Below are positions 26,973 through 37,711 of a stretch of 64,000 bases of DNA, piece after piece. Within the stretch, counting starts at the first letter, position 1; each line of letters begins with the position of its first letter. The position numbers and the translations under genes were made by a program. Under the pieces are notes generated by a model, which saw only the letters and a list, made by a program, of their open reading frames with translations, had not been told where the DNA came from and did no database searches. Origin of the DNA: an uncultured Clostridia bacterium (GTDB lineage Bacteria > Bacillota > Clostridia > TANB77 > CAG-508). Location: the NCBI GenBank assembly GCA_948891265.1, contig CAQUBD010000005.1, positions 6,725 through 70,724 on the forward strand, given 5' to 3'.

Positions 26973-28127
26973 TTAGGATAATTGGACTATTTCAATGTGA
27001 ATATCTTCCAAATTTGCATCATCTATTTTATATCCATATCCATCTAAAAAGTACTTACATTGCTTATATGCTTCATTATTTTCTTTTTGGTTGTTTTCCA
27101 AATTTAAAGTATATATTCCCTCCTGTTGATTATGCATATAAACTTTTCCGTTTAATATATATTTTATATCACTTTCGAAATTTTGTATCTTTCCAAGTTC
27201 TTTCCATGTTCCATCATACAAAATTTCAAATAATGTATAATTAATTTCAATCGATCCATCATCTAACCTTTTCCTAGCATTTAGATACGTTCTTCCTTGG
27301 CATATTTTTAATTCTCCATAATATGAAATTATAATATCTTCATTTGTTTTAAAGTCAATAATATGTATAGCTTCTTGATTTGAATAATCTACATATAATA
27401 GATATTTATCTGTTACATCAATAATAAACTTTCTTCCTTGTAAGATATTTATTTGATTAGTTCCATCTTTATTTATCATACACATTTTTCTATCTTGCGT
27501 AGTATAATAAATTTTATTATTTTCTATAAAAAAATTATTTTTTACATTTTCTACTATATCTACAATATTATTACCATCTTTATCCATACAGCAAATCGTT
27601 CCCTGCGGATTTTTATTAAAATCATCGTATCCTATTTGTTTTACAAAATATATTTCGTTATCTGTAAGCATTAACTGTAATGATGCCTCTTCACAAATTT
27701 TACTTATATTTCCTTTTAAATCTATTTTATATATACCCTTTTCACTGTAGTAGTCAGGTATATAATAGATATTTTCTCCATCAAAATACATTTTGTTCAG
27801 TTCATTGTCTATAGTTGCTATTTTATTTATCTTGTTCTCATTTATACTATATAAATAAATAGTTTTATTTTTTTCTTCATAAAACACTATTTGATTTTCT
27901 ATTTTACAAAATACTCCTCCATCTTGCATACTTATGTTTTTCTCTTCTTTGTGTATTACATATTTTTCTTCTATATAATTTGTATCTTCTTCTATTTTAG
28001 GAATATTCTCTAAAGTTTTTGCAGATTTATTTGGATTTATAATAACTATTGTAATTGCAATTATCATTAAAATTACTAAAATAATAGCCAATAATATATT
28101 TATTTTTTGTTCTTTCATTTTTATCAC
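26973..28127 (-). CDS. DUF5050-like beta-propeller protein with N-terminal membrane anchor
   Basis: Repeated IYY/IYF...DKDG/DLKG N blades; TM at the N-terminus. Confidence 0.6.
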   Translation of the reverse strand: MIKMKEQKINILLAIILVILMIIAITIVIINPNKSAKTLENIPKIEEDTNYIEEKYVIHKEEKNISMQDGGVFCKIENQIVFYEEKNKTIYLYSINENKINKIATIDNELNKMYFDGENIYYIPDYYSEKGIYKIDLKGNISKICEEASLQLMLTDNEIYFVKQIGYDDFNKNPQGTICCMDKDGNNIVDIVENVKNNFFIENNKIYYTTQDRKMCMINKDGTNQINILQGRKFIIDVTDKYLLYVDYSNQEAIHIIDFKTNEDIIISYYGELKICQGRTYLNARKRLDDGSIEINYTLFEILYDGTWKELGKIQNFESDIKYILNGKVYMHNQQEGIYTLNLENNQKENNEAYKQCKYFLDGYGYKIDDANLEDIHIEIVQLS

Positions 28128-28139
28128 CTTTAATATTTT

Positions 28140-29388
28140 CTAGAAAATCCTCAATATATCATTATAAGTAATATATAAAGATAGTGCTATTAAGATTGAA
28201 AATCCTATTAATTGTATATTTATCTCTGTCTTTTCATTTAATGGTTTTCTACGAATCGCTTCAATTAATAATATCAGAATTTTACCACCATCTAGAGCAG
28301 GTATTGGTAAAAGATTTGTTACTCCTAGTGACAAAGAAATTAATGCTAACATATATATAAATTCTCTTATTCCACTAGTTTTAGCAACAACTTCTGATAT
28401 TCCTACAGGCCCCATCATCTGGTCTACACTTACCCCTCCTGTAAATAATGATTTTATATTATCAATAATTGAAAAGGCGAACTCTTTTGTTTCAATTCCA
28501 CCATATATTAAATAGTTAATAAATTTACTTTCTGCTTGTTTTAAATTTACACCTAAATAATATGAAGAAATATAGTCTGGTACTAATTCTATTGTAATTT
28601 GTTTTCCTTTCCTATCTACTGTTATATTAACTGTATCTAAGTTTTCTTGTCCAATAGCTTCTATAACCTTATTCGTATCTCCATTAACTTCAATATTATT
28701 TACTTTTACAATTTTATCATTTGATTTTAGTCCTTGTTTTTCTGCGCTACTTCCTTTCTCAATCGCTAAAATTTTGCATTCTTCTCCTAAATATACTCCT
28801 GTACTTTTATTTTTTATTTCTGTCGGTTTTATGTTATATTCTAAAGTATTTCCATCTCTTTCTATTATTAGCTTAACTTTTTCTCCATTTATATGTTTCA
28901 TTGCATTATTCAAATCATATTTGTTTTTTATTTTCTTACCATTTAGCTCTATTATTTTGTCACCATGACTAAGTCCAATCTCTTGTGCTACATATCCATC
29001 TATTACTGTATCTATTTGGTTTGTTACATATGTATTTGAAGTAGACATTAAAATAAAATATATCAATAGTCCAAATATAATATTTACTGTTGCCCCTGCT
29101 ATTACAATTGCAATTCTTTTAGGAATACTTGCTTTTGAAAAAGACCCTTCATTTTCAGATCTTTCTTCTTCACCTTCCATGCTGCAAAATCCACCGTAAT
29201 GGTACTAATCTTAGTGCATATTTAGTTTCCTTTCCTTGCTTATTCCATATTGTAGGTCCAAATCCTATTGCAAATTCATTTACTCTTACCTTACATATTT
29301 TTGCAACAATTAAGTGTCCAGCTTCATGAATTAAAATCAAAAAACCAAGTAAAAAAATTATTTTTATGACTGATATTATAATTGTCAA
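28140..29388 (-). CDS. rseP: RIP metalloprotease RseP (site-2 protease), continuous only with a +1 shift at CGG 29194-29196
   Basis: N-terminal piece has HEAGH. CCA TTA CGG TGG read as CCA TTA (C)GGT GGA TTT gives the conserved LVPLGGFCSMEGEEE and joins the PDZ/C-terminal piece. Confidence 0.85.
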
Positions 29389-29530
29389 TTTTTTTCCTCC
29401 TTTTCGTGAAACATGGCTTTTTTCATCACAACTGAAAACTTTTCAAATTTTCCAGTTTGTAAATTTCTTGGCCTTGCTTTATTTTATTTTCTCTACAAAA
29501 TCTTATATACTATTTTGTTTTACTTTCTTA

Positions 29531-30361
29531 CTATAACATTGTAAATAACATATATGCAAATGGTGAAATAAATAAAACACTATCTATTCTATCTAACATT
29601 CCACCATGTCCTGGTAATATATTACTATAATCTTTTATATTAACATATCTCTTTATACAAGATGCAGAAAAGTCTCCTAGTTGCCCTAATAAACTTAATA
29701 CCATTCCTGATATACTTACCATTAAATAAGAATAGTCAAATGAAAAAAATCTATTTAATACAAAAGTATATATTAATACTGTTATAACAGTTCCAACTGT
29801 TCCTCCTATGCATCCTTCTATAGATTTTTTTGGACTTACTTTGCTAAATTTGTGTTTTCCAAATCTAATCCCTATACTATAGGCAAATACATCTGTTCCT
29901 AATGCTGCAATAAAAACATATACCAATAATATTTTTCCATTTGCCATTCCATCTATTAATGATAAAAAAGACATAAATAATGGTATATAACATATGCCTA
30001 ATAATGTGTATGCCATATCTTTAAAAGTTGTTTTCATATCTGTTGCTATTATTTGTGCAAACAATATAAGTAATATTGTTGGGATTGAATACATTAATAT
30101 TTTTATCATATATTTTTCTGGTATCAAATTTATAATTGCTACAATTATACAACTTAGATATCCAAACCACTTTATTGGTTTGCATACTTTTGATATTGCT
30201 TTTAAATATTCATCCATAGCAACTATGGAAATAACTGTAAATAAAATTCCTGTGATTAAATTACTAGGTATTAATAATATTATTAAAAGTACTATTGTTA
30301 CTATAATTCCTGAACTTATTCTTTTTAAATCCATATGTTTTTCCCTCTCACTTCGCTCCAA
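29531..30361 (-). CDS. cdsA: phosphatidate cytidylyltransferase
   Basis: Multi-TM protein ending in PGHGGMLDRIDS. Confidence 0.9.
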   Translation of the reverse strand: MERSEREKHMDLKRISSGIIVTIVLLIILLIPSNLITGILFTVISIVAMDEYLKAISKVCKPIKWFGYLSCIIVAIINLIPEKYMIKILMYSIPTILLILFAQIIATDMKTTFKDMAYTLLGICYIPLFMSFLSLIDGMANGKILLVYVFIAALGTDVFAYSIGIRFGKHKFSKVSPKKSIEGCIGGTVGTVITVLIYTFVLNRFFSFDYSYLMVSISGMVLSLLGQLGDFSASCIKRYVNIKDYSNILPGHGGMLDRIDSVLFISPFAYMLFTML

Positions 30362-31055
30362 ACTTTCTATTTCTACTTTGATATTTTTCTATTGCTTCCT
30401 CTAAATCTTGTTCACTAAAATCGGGCCAATTTTTTTCTATAAATAAAAATTCAGTATATACTAGTTGCCATGTCAAAAAGTTACTTAATCTAACTTCTCC
30501 ACTTGTTCTTATTAATAAGTCTGGATCTGGTTGATTATTTGTATACAAATGATTTGATATTGTCTGTTCATCTATATCTTCTACATTTATTTTTCCATCT
30601 CTTACATTTTGAGAAATTTGTTTCACAGCATTTACTATTTCATCTCTACCGCCATAATTTAAAGCTATATTAAAGGTTATTCCTGTATTATCTTTTGTTC
30701 TTTCCATACATTTTTTTATACTGTCTTGCATTTTTTTAGATAATTCTTCTCTGTTTCCAATTATTTTTACTCTTATATTTTCAGAATCGGCTCTTTTGCT
30801 ATAATCATCTAAATAACTTTGGAATAGTCCCATCAATGTAGATACTTCTTCCTCTGTTCTTTTCCAGTTTTCTGTTGAAAAAGCATATACTGTTATATAT
30901 TTTATTCCTATCTTATTTGCATATCTGACTATTTTTTCTAATGTTTTTGCACCTTCTTTATGCCCCAAACTTACTGGCAAACCTTTTTGTTTTGCCCATC
31001 TTCTATTTCCATCCATTATTATTGCAATATGGTTAGGTAAGTTTTTTTGTTCCAT
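30348..31055 (-). CDS. uppS: undecaprenyl-diphosphate synthase
   Basis: HIAIIMDGNRRWA and RTSGEVRLSNFLTWQ motifs. Confidence 0.95.
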   Translation of the reverse strand: MEQKNLPNHIAIIMDGNRRWAKQKGLPVSLGHKEGAKTLEKIVRYANKIGIKYITVYAFSTENWKRTEEEVSTLMGLFQSYLDDYSKRADSENIRVKIIGNREELSKKMQDSIKKCMERTKDNTGITFNIALNYGGRDEIVNAVKQISQNVRDGKINVEDIDEQTISNHLYTNNQPDPDLLIRTSGEVRLSNFLTWQLVYTEFLFIEKNWPDFSEQDLEEAIEKYQSRNRKFGAK

Positions 31056-31182
31056 TATCTACATCCTCTTTCTATAATTCCACTTTTTAATAATTCTTTA
31101 TAGCTTTTTTCTTTTTGTTTTACCTTTTCTTCTGTCATATTAGTTGGCATTAAACTGTATTCTATATATTGTATTATCAAAC

Positions 31183-31731
31183 TTAAACTGACATTACTTC
31201 TTTTTCTTTGTTTTCTAATATTTTGTCTATTTCTTCAACACTTTTATCTGTTAATTTTTGAATTTCATTCTCTGCTTGTTTTAATTCATCTTCTGTCATA
31301 TTTCCTTCTTTTTGCATTGCTTTAGCTTCCTCTATTCCATCTCTTCTTACAGCTCTTATAGCTATTTTTGCTTCTTCAGCCATTTTTTTGATATCTTTTA
31401 CCAAATCTTTTCTTCTTTCTTCTGTTAATTCTGGAAATGCTAATCTTATTACTTTTCCATCATTATTTGGGTTTATTCCTATATCTGATGCTAAAATTGC
31501 TTTTTCTATTTCTTTTAGTACACTTACATCCCATGGTTGAATAACTATTAATCTTGCCTCTGGTACTGATACACCTGCAACTTGGTTTATAGGTGTTGGT
31601 GTTCCATAATAATCAATCTTCACCTTGTTTAATATTGCTGGGTTTGCTCTTCCAGCTCTTACCTCTGATAATTTTTCATTGTATATATTTATACTCTTTT
31701 CCATTTTTTCTTTTATATTTGTATAATCCAT
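31183..31731 (-). CDS. frr: ribosome recycling factor
   Basis: Family-typical sequence. Start MDYTNIKEKM after a GGAAGGAGAAAG RBS. Confidence 0.9.
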   Translation of the reverse strand: MDYTNIKEKMEKSINIYNEKLSEVRAGRANPAILNKVKIDYYGTPTPINQVAGVSVPEARLIVIQPWDVSVLKEIEKAILASDIGINPNNDGKVIRLAFPELTEERRKDLVKDIKKMAEEAKIAIRAVRRDGIEEAKAMQKEGNMTEDELKQAENEIQKLTDKSVEEIDKILENKEKEVMSV

Positions 31732-31862
31732 AATTCTTTCTCCTTCCAATGTCCTTTTGCTCCGCTCATCATAAAATAGGAAATTTTCAATTTCTTATTT
31801 TACAAATTGGGGACGTTTCCTTTTGGGACACATCTGTTTTTAACTATTTATTTTAAATGAAT

Positions 31863-32570
31863 TTATTTAACTAATGTTCCAATATGTTCACCCTTAACAG
31901 CTCTTACTATATTTTCTGGGTCTGCTATTCCAAACACTAATAATGGAATATTATTGTCTCTGCATAATGCTGTCGCTGTTGAGTCCATAACTTTTAAATC
32001 TTTTTCTAATACTTCTAAATACGATATTTTATCATATTTTTCTGCATTTTTATCTATCTTGGGGTCTGATGAATACACCGCATCTATCGCTTTTCCTAAT
32101 AATATTATATCTGCATTTATCTCTGTTGCTCTTAATACTGCTGCTGTATCTGTTGTAAAATATGGATGTCCTGTTCCTCCTGAGAATATTACAACTCTTC
32201 CTCTTTGCAAATGTTTTTCTGCTTTTCTTATTATAAATGGCTCTGCAATTTCTCTCATCTCTATTGCTGTTTGAACTCTTGAATGTACTCCTCTAGCTTC
32301 TAAAGCATCTTGTAGTGCTAATCCATTCATTGCTGTTGCAAGCATTCCCATATAGTCTGCTGTTGCTCTTTCCATCTGATGTCCATTTCTTCCTCTCCAG
32401 AAGTTTCCTCCTCCTACTACAATTCCTACTTCAACTCCCATTTCTGTAATCTCTTTTATTTTATCACATATTTTACCTACTGTCTCCACATTTACACCTG
32501 TCTTACTTTCTCCTGCTAATGCTTCTCCACTTAATTTTAAAAGTATTCTCTTATATTTCGCTTCTGACAT
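31863..32570 (-). CDS. pyrH: UMP kinase
   Basis: [20 protein letters not shown] motifs. Confidence 0.95.
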   Translation of the reverse strand: MSEAKYKRILLKLSGEALAGESKTGVNVETVGKICDKIKEITEMGVEVGIVVGGGNFWRGRNGHQMERATADYMGMLATAMNGLALQDALEARGVHSRVQTAIEMREIAEPFIIRKAEKHLQRGRVVIFSGGTGHPYFTTDTAAVLRATEINADIILLGKAIDAVYSSDPKIDKNAEKYDKISYLEVLEKDLKVMDSTATALCRDNNIPLLVFGIADPENIVRAVKGEHIGTLVK

Positions 32571-32736
32571 TTTTCACTCTCCATTCTCTATAAATGTTTT
32601 TTCATTTTGTTTAAATATATTTCGTCATATGTATTCTATCATATCTTATTTCAAAAATATAGTAGTTTTAAAAAAAAATAACATTTAAAATGCCTTTTTA
32701 CATTTTAAATGTTATTTTAGTGATGTCAAAAATATA

Positions 32737-33306
32737 TTACTTTCCATCAACTATAATAAATTTGTCTGAACCTATTTTTATTTTATATTTTTCTATATTT
32801 TTATCTATAGAAAATGCCATTTTCCCTTCTATAATCTTATCATTAGAATACTTTGATAAATTCAAGTCTATAATATTTGGAATATATATTCTATTATTTA
32901 GTCTAAAACTATCTTGATTATCTTCTGATAACACTTTTACTTGTATCGACGCTGTATTTCCAAGCTCATCTATTGTTGTAAAATCTTTTAAATCTATTTG
33001 ATATTCTAAAATATTCCATTTTTCATTTTCGCTGTATTTGTAGCTTGTTTTCCCATAATAATTTTCGACTATATTCTCTGCATCTTTACCATTTGTAATT
33101 CTATTGATTTTTATGAGTACATTTTCGTTTTGCTTTGTAACAGTATTATATTTTGATATAGTTTTCCACTCATTATTTTTGATTTTGTTTTCTATTTTAT
33201 CTTGTTCAGTAATGCTTTCATCTTTATTAACTTTACTTTTTATACATAAACAAATTAGTATTACTAATATTATTAGCATTATCAAAATTACATATTTCTT
33301 TCTCAT
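32737..33306 (-). CDS. hypothetical membrane-anchored extracytoplasmic protein
   Basis: N-terminal TM and a long AT-rich ORF; no family recognised. Confidence 0.5.
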   Translation of the reverse strand: MRKKYVILIMLIILVILICLCIKSKVNKDESITEQDKIENKIKNNEWKTISKYNTVTKQNENVLIKINRITNGKDAENIVENYYGKTSYKYSENEKWNILEYQIDLKDFTTIDELGNTASIQVKVLSEDNQDSFRLNNRIYIPNIIDLNLSKYSNDKIIEGKMAFSIDKNIEKYKIKIGSDKFIIVDGK

Positions 33307-33316
33307 ATTTACCTCT

Positions 33317-35953
33317 TTAAGATACTACTCCTATTGAAAGTTTCACACTTGAGTTTAATATATTTATATTATTATTATATTCTGTCTGCACTTGTGTTAA
33401 TGTATTTTGCAGAATTACAATTTCGCCATTATCTCCATAATAATTACTAGCTATACTTTGTTTTCTTCCATTTTCTTCTCTTTGATATTCTAGATTTAAA
33501 TTGTCTCTTTCTTCAGTTAGTTGTTGTATTTGTGTATCATATTGAGCTAATTCAACTTCTTTTGCAGCTCTTAGGTCATCAGCTAAATTTGTATTATCTG
33601 CCTTAATAGCATTCTCTATTCTTTCATTGTATTCATCAGCTTTATTACTTTTCTGATGAGATAGTGCTACTATCTGATTATTATATTCTTGAGTATTTCG
33701 TTCTATATTATTTCTAATTTCTTCTTCCAAGTTTGCAATTTCATTTCTATAGTTTTCTTCTTTTTGTGCAATTTGACTTTGTATTGTTGTTACAGTATTA
33801 TTATAATTTGTATCCAAATCATTTTTTTCATTTATACCTACTTCTGTCTGAGAATAATCTTCCATATTTATATCCATAACAGCTGAACCAATATTTCCTG
33901 CAAAGTCGACACTCTTTACTATTAATTTGTATTGTTCATTTTTTGATAATGTAATTTTTCCTACTAAAGTTCCATCAACATCCTGAGTAACTTCGTTTCC
34001 ATTTTTATCTCTTAATGTGTATGTTGTTTCTTTTAAATGTTCATCAGTTCCCTCTGAAATTGTTATAATCATTTCTGTTCCAACAGCATGATTACCAGAT
34101 GGCAAATTAGAAATTATTTTTGGATTTGTTGGATTAATTTTATCTATATTATTTATATTTACACTTACTTTAGTTTCATTTCCTAAAATATCTTTTAGTG
34201 TCACATTTTCTAATGTATTTGTTTCATATACTTTAGTAATTTGTTTTTTATTATTATCTATTTCCCAACCACTAACAGCTTGTATTTCTTCATCACTTTT
34301 AATTGTAACAGTTATGTTTTCTTTTGTAATATTAGTTGTACTGTATGAAATTTCAGCTTTAGGCCCTTCTTTATCAATATTATCAATTTCTATATTTACA
34401 TTTTGTGTATTTCCTTTAACATCTTTTACTGTTATTGTTTCATTTGTATTATGTTCAAATTCTTTTATCAATTGTTTCTTGTTACTAAACATAGTCCAAC
34501 CATCTATAGGTTCTAACTCTTCTTTTTTAGATTCAATTATAACTGTTACATTTTTATTTGTCATTTGAGTTGTACTATATCCAACATTAATGTCCATTTT
34601 AGGATTTACAGATGTTGGAAAATCAGAGACTAAATTTTTCTGCAAATTTCCTAATATAAATTGTATTAGTGGAAATATATCTGATGAGTTAATTTTAGTA
34701 TCATTATTATCACTATCATTATCTAAATTAGCAGCTTTCGCATATATACCTTTTAATTCTTTTTTCCCTAATATGTGATTTATTACAGGGAATATATCTC
34801 CTGAATTAATTTTTCCATCTCCATTTACATCCCCATATACAAGTACAGTATATTCTTTATTTCTATGCTTAATAATACTTCCTGTTCCAACCTTTTGATT
34901 ATCTTCTATTTCCTTTTTTTCAGCATCTTTAATTTCAGTTATTTCATTATATATATTTTTCAGTTCTTTCCCTGTTAATTGTTTATCTTTTTCCTTCATG
35001 TTCATTAAAACTAATAGTACATTTTTTCCCTCTACATATTCATTTTTAAATTCTGTTTGAGGAGTAATTGTACAAGCATATGTTGAATTAGCCGAAATTG
35101 CAATTAATATAGTACTAAATAAAAATATTGGTAATAAATTCTTTATAAAACTATATTTTTTCATTTTTATAAAAGAAATTATTGATAATATAATGCACCC
35201 TATTCCCATAATCAAAATCACATTAGAATTTATTCCTGTTTTTGGTAATGTCCCAGATGCTGCTTTAGAATCTATTGTCCCTGATTTAGTTTGTTTATCT
35301 TTATTAGAAGAATTTGCATTATTATTTGTGGTACTTCCATTTATTCCCGTTTGTTTTTGGTCATTTTTATTAGAAGCACTATTCCCATTATTAGTACCAT
35401 TACCATTATTGCTATTACTGGGATTTCCTGTTGTTCCAGAATTTCCGCTACCATTGCCTGTTCCTGAGTTAGTGTTTTCTACTACAGTTATAGATATAGG
35501 TTTATCTATGTTTTCTATGCTATTGTTTTCATATGATTTTCCTTCTATATTTGTAAAGCTAGCGTCTGTAATCGAAAAGTTCGAAGAATTTGTATTCTCT
35601 GTAGTATTTGCTAATTCTTTAGCTTTAAATGTAAATGAAAATTTATTTGTTCCTACTCCGCTAAGGTCTGCATATACAGCAATTATGTACCCATCATTTT
35701 TATAATCTTGAGCATATAGTCCTTCTGTTGAGGCTTTTACAAAGTCAAACTTTTTAGTATCATATTTTAAGTGAAAGTCTGATGTAACTACAGCTTCACT
35801 TAATTGTACCATCACAGTAAATTCCTCTCCTTGTTTTATTTGCTTTTCTGATGATAATTTTACAGAAAAAGCTAATATATGAGATACATTTGCTAAAACA
35901 AATATAATCATAATAAATATCATTATAATTTTTTGAGATTTTGAAAAATTCAT
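33317..35953 (-). CDS. cell-surface protein in one ORF: signal peptide, cohesin-like domain, Asn/Gly-rich linker, LPKTG sorting signal + TM, second signal-like TM, dockerin-like repeats, Ig-like repeats, coiled coil
   Basis: LPKTG at 35234-35248 followed by a hydrophobic stretch and KMKK. Dockerin-like GDVNGDGKINSGDIFPVINHILG...DNDSDNNDTKINSSDIFPLIQFILG at 34646-34834. No stop anywhere between. Confidence 0.7.
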   Translation of the reverse strand: MNFSKSQKIIMIFIMIIFVLANVSHILAFSVKLSSEKQIKQGEEFTVMVQLSEAVVTSDFHLKYDTKKFDFVKASTEGLYAQDYKNDGYIIAVYADLSGVGTNKFSFTFKAKELANTTENTNSSNFSITDASFTNIEGKSYENNSIENIDKPISITVVENTNSGTGNGSGNSGTTGNPSNSNNGNGTNNGNSASNKNDQKQTGINGSTTNNNANSSNKDKQTKSGTIDSKAASGTLPKTGINSNVILIMGIGCIILSIISFIKMKKYSFIKNLLPIFLFSTILIAISANSTYACTITPQTEFKNEYVEGKNVLLVLMNMKEKDKQLTGKELKNIYNEITEIKDAEKKEIEDNQKVGTGSIIKHRNKEYTVLVYGDVNGDGKINSGDIFPVINHILGKKELKGIYAKAANLDNDSDNNDTKINSSDIFPLIQFILGNLQKNLVSDFPTSVNPKMDINVGYSTTQMTNKNVTVIIESKKEELEPIDGWTMFSNKKQLIKEFEHNTNETITVKDVKGNTQNVNIEIDNIDKEGPKAEISYSTTNITKENITVTIKSDEEIQAVSGWEIDNNKKQITKVYETNTLENVTLKDILGNETKVSVNINNIDKINPTNPKIISNLPSGNHAVGTEMIITISEGTDEHLKETTYTLRDKNGNEVTQDVDGTLVGKITLSKNEQYKLIVKSVDFAGNIGSAVMDINMEDYSQTEVGINEKNDLDTNYNNTVTTIQSQIAQKEENYRNEIANLEEEIRNNIERNTQEYNNQIVALSHQKSNKADEYNERIENAIKADNTNLADDLRAAKEVELAQYDTQIQQLTEERDNLNLEYQREENGRKQSIASNYYGDNGEIVILQNTLTQVQTEYNNNINILNSSVKLSIGVVS

Positions 35954-36127
35954 TTATTTCACACCTTCCTATAAATTCAATTTAATTATAACATATTACT
36001 ATACTAAAGTTAATAAAAATTATATTATTCTTTTATTACAATAGTATTACATTTTCTTTACATATAGCCTATTTGCATTTTTCAATAAAACTTAACTTTT
36101 ATATTATTATATATTTTAATATCATAA

Positions 36128-36167
36128 AATACAATAAAAGTGACTACTTTTAGTAATCACTTTTTTA
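36128..36167 (-). terminator. orphan copy of the pilin-cassette terminator
   Basis: AAAAGTGACTAC-TTTT-AGTAATCACTTTT, the same hairpin as at 44591-44632, 45784-45825, 48121-48161 and 49321-49361. Confidence 0.6.
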
Positions 36168-36547
36168 CATAAATTTATTTAATATCTTTCAAACGATTAT
36201 ATCTAATATAAAATACTATCATTGTTATAATAGATACTATGTTCTATTTTTCTATAACTTCCTGTTCAACCTGCAAAGTCATATTCTTCTTTAACTGGAT
36301 TCCTTAATTGGAATGTTGCTTAATCTATAGTACTAATCAAAAGAGTTATACTAATAGTTTTAATAAATATATTATTCTTATCCATACTAAACATCCACTT
36401 TTTTATCTATTATAACATGTTTTCCTATTTCATTATTTTCAATCATATTATTTTTTTGTTACATTTTTATTATAACTATAGCATCTAGTATATAAAAAAC
36501 ATTATTTATATTTTATACACTGTAAAGTACCTATTTTTGTTCATATA

Positions 36548-36685
36548 GAACAAAAGGGGCATGATTAAAATTTTTTAACATTTTAATTTACTTACATGCC
36601 CCGTTTTTGTTCGCACGCGAAAATTGCATTGCAATTTTCTGTGGAATGTGTTTTTGTTGTATAGGAAAAATTAATTTTTCCTATA
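36548..36685 (-). repeat. family B three-hairpin element, diverged copy with compensatory stem changes
   Basis: GAACAAAAGGGGCATGA...CATGCCCCGTTTTTGTTC versus GAACAAAGACGAGGCATGA...TCATGCCTCTTTTGTTC in the other copies. Confidence 0.7.
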
Positions 36686-36690
36686 CAACA

Positions 36691-36714
36691 AAAAATTGCC
36701 CTTTCGGGGCAATT
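36691..36714 (-). terminator. tsf terminator (ATTGCCCC-GAAA-GGGCAAT + T-run)
   Basis: Hairpin immediately after the tsf stop on the minus strand. Confidence 0.75.
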
Positions 36715-37593
36715 TTATTTTAATTGATTCATAACTTCTTCAGCAAAGTTTTCTTCTTTTTTCTCGATTCCTTCACCTTTTTCAAATCTAGCAAATCTAA
36801 CAACATCACTATTAGTTTCTGTTAATAATTGTGATACTTTTTTATTTGGATCTTTTACAAATGCTTGATCAACTAAGCATATTTCTTCATAGAATTTTCC
36901 TATTCTACCTTGAACTATTTTTTCTGCTATAGCTTCTGGTTTTCCTTCATTCATTGTTTGAATTTTTAGAATTTCCATTTCTTTGTCTACTCTTTCTTGT
37001 GGCACTTCTTCTTTTCTTACAAATTCTGGTCTAGCTGCTGCTATTTGCATGCATATATCCTTAGCAACATCTTTTGTTCCTTTAGACATATCAACTAGAA
37101 CTGCTATTTTTCCATCACCATGAATATATTTTTCAACTAATCCTTCTGATTCAAATCTTGCAAATCTTCTTATAGACATATTTTCTCCTATTGTTGCTAT
37201 TTTACCTACTAATGCTTCTTGAACTGTTTTTCCTTCTTCAAATTCTGCAGGTGATGCTAATAATTCCTCAACATCTTTAGGATTTGTATCAACAACTTGT
37301 TTTGCTACATTCATAACAAATGTTTTGAATTCTTCATTTTTTGCAACGAAGTCTGTCTCTGAGTTAACTTCTACTACAGCTCCAATTTTTCCATTTTCTG
37401 ATATATATGCTTCTACTAGCCCTTCTGCTGCAACTCTTCCTGATTTCTTAGCAGCTTTTGCAATTCCTCTTTCTCTTAAAAGATCCATTGCTTTTTCCAT
37501 ATCTCCATCTGTTTCTGTTAAAACTTTTTTGCAGTCCATCATCCCTGCTCCTGTTTTCTCTCTTAATTCTTTTACTAAACTTGCTGTTATCAT
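36715..37593 (-). CDS. tsf: elongation factor Ts
   Basis: MITASLVKELREKTGAGMMDCKK... typical EF-Ts. Confidence 0.95.
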   Translation of the reverse strand: MITASLVKELREKTGAGMMDCKKVLTETDGDMEKAMDLLRERGIAKAAKKSGRVAAEGLVEAYISENGKIGAVVEVNSETDFVAKNEEFKTFVMNVAKQVVDTNPKDVEELLASPAEFEEGKTVQEALVGKIATIGENMSIRRFARFESEGLVEKYIHGDGKIAVLVDMSKGTKDVAKDICMQIAAARPEFVRKEEVPQERVDKEMEILKIQTMNEGKPEAIAEKIVQGRIGKFYEEICLVDQAFVKDPNKKVSQLLTETNSDVVRFARFEKGEGIEKKEENFAEEVMNQLK

Positions 37594-37711
37594 TATTTTT
37601 CCTCCCTTATTTTTATAGTTTAAAAGAGCAAACTCTAAATCCCGTCCGAATATTTTCGAACGAGCGTTGCTCGCTCTTTTCTTTTAATTATTTACTATTT
37701 AACGATTTATA

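Noticed and set aside
33317-35953. Splitting the 878-aa ORF into two genes at the internal MKKYSF
   Set aside because: There is no stop codon between the parts and no Shine-Dalgarno before the internal ATG, so it is kept as one ORF and flagged as a finding.
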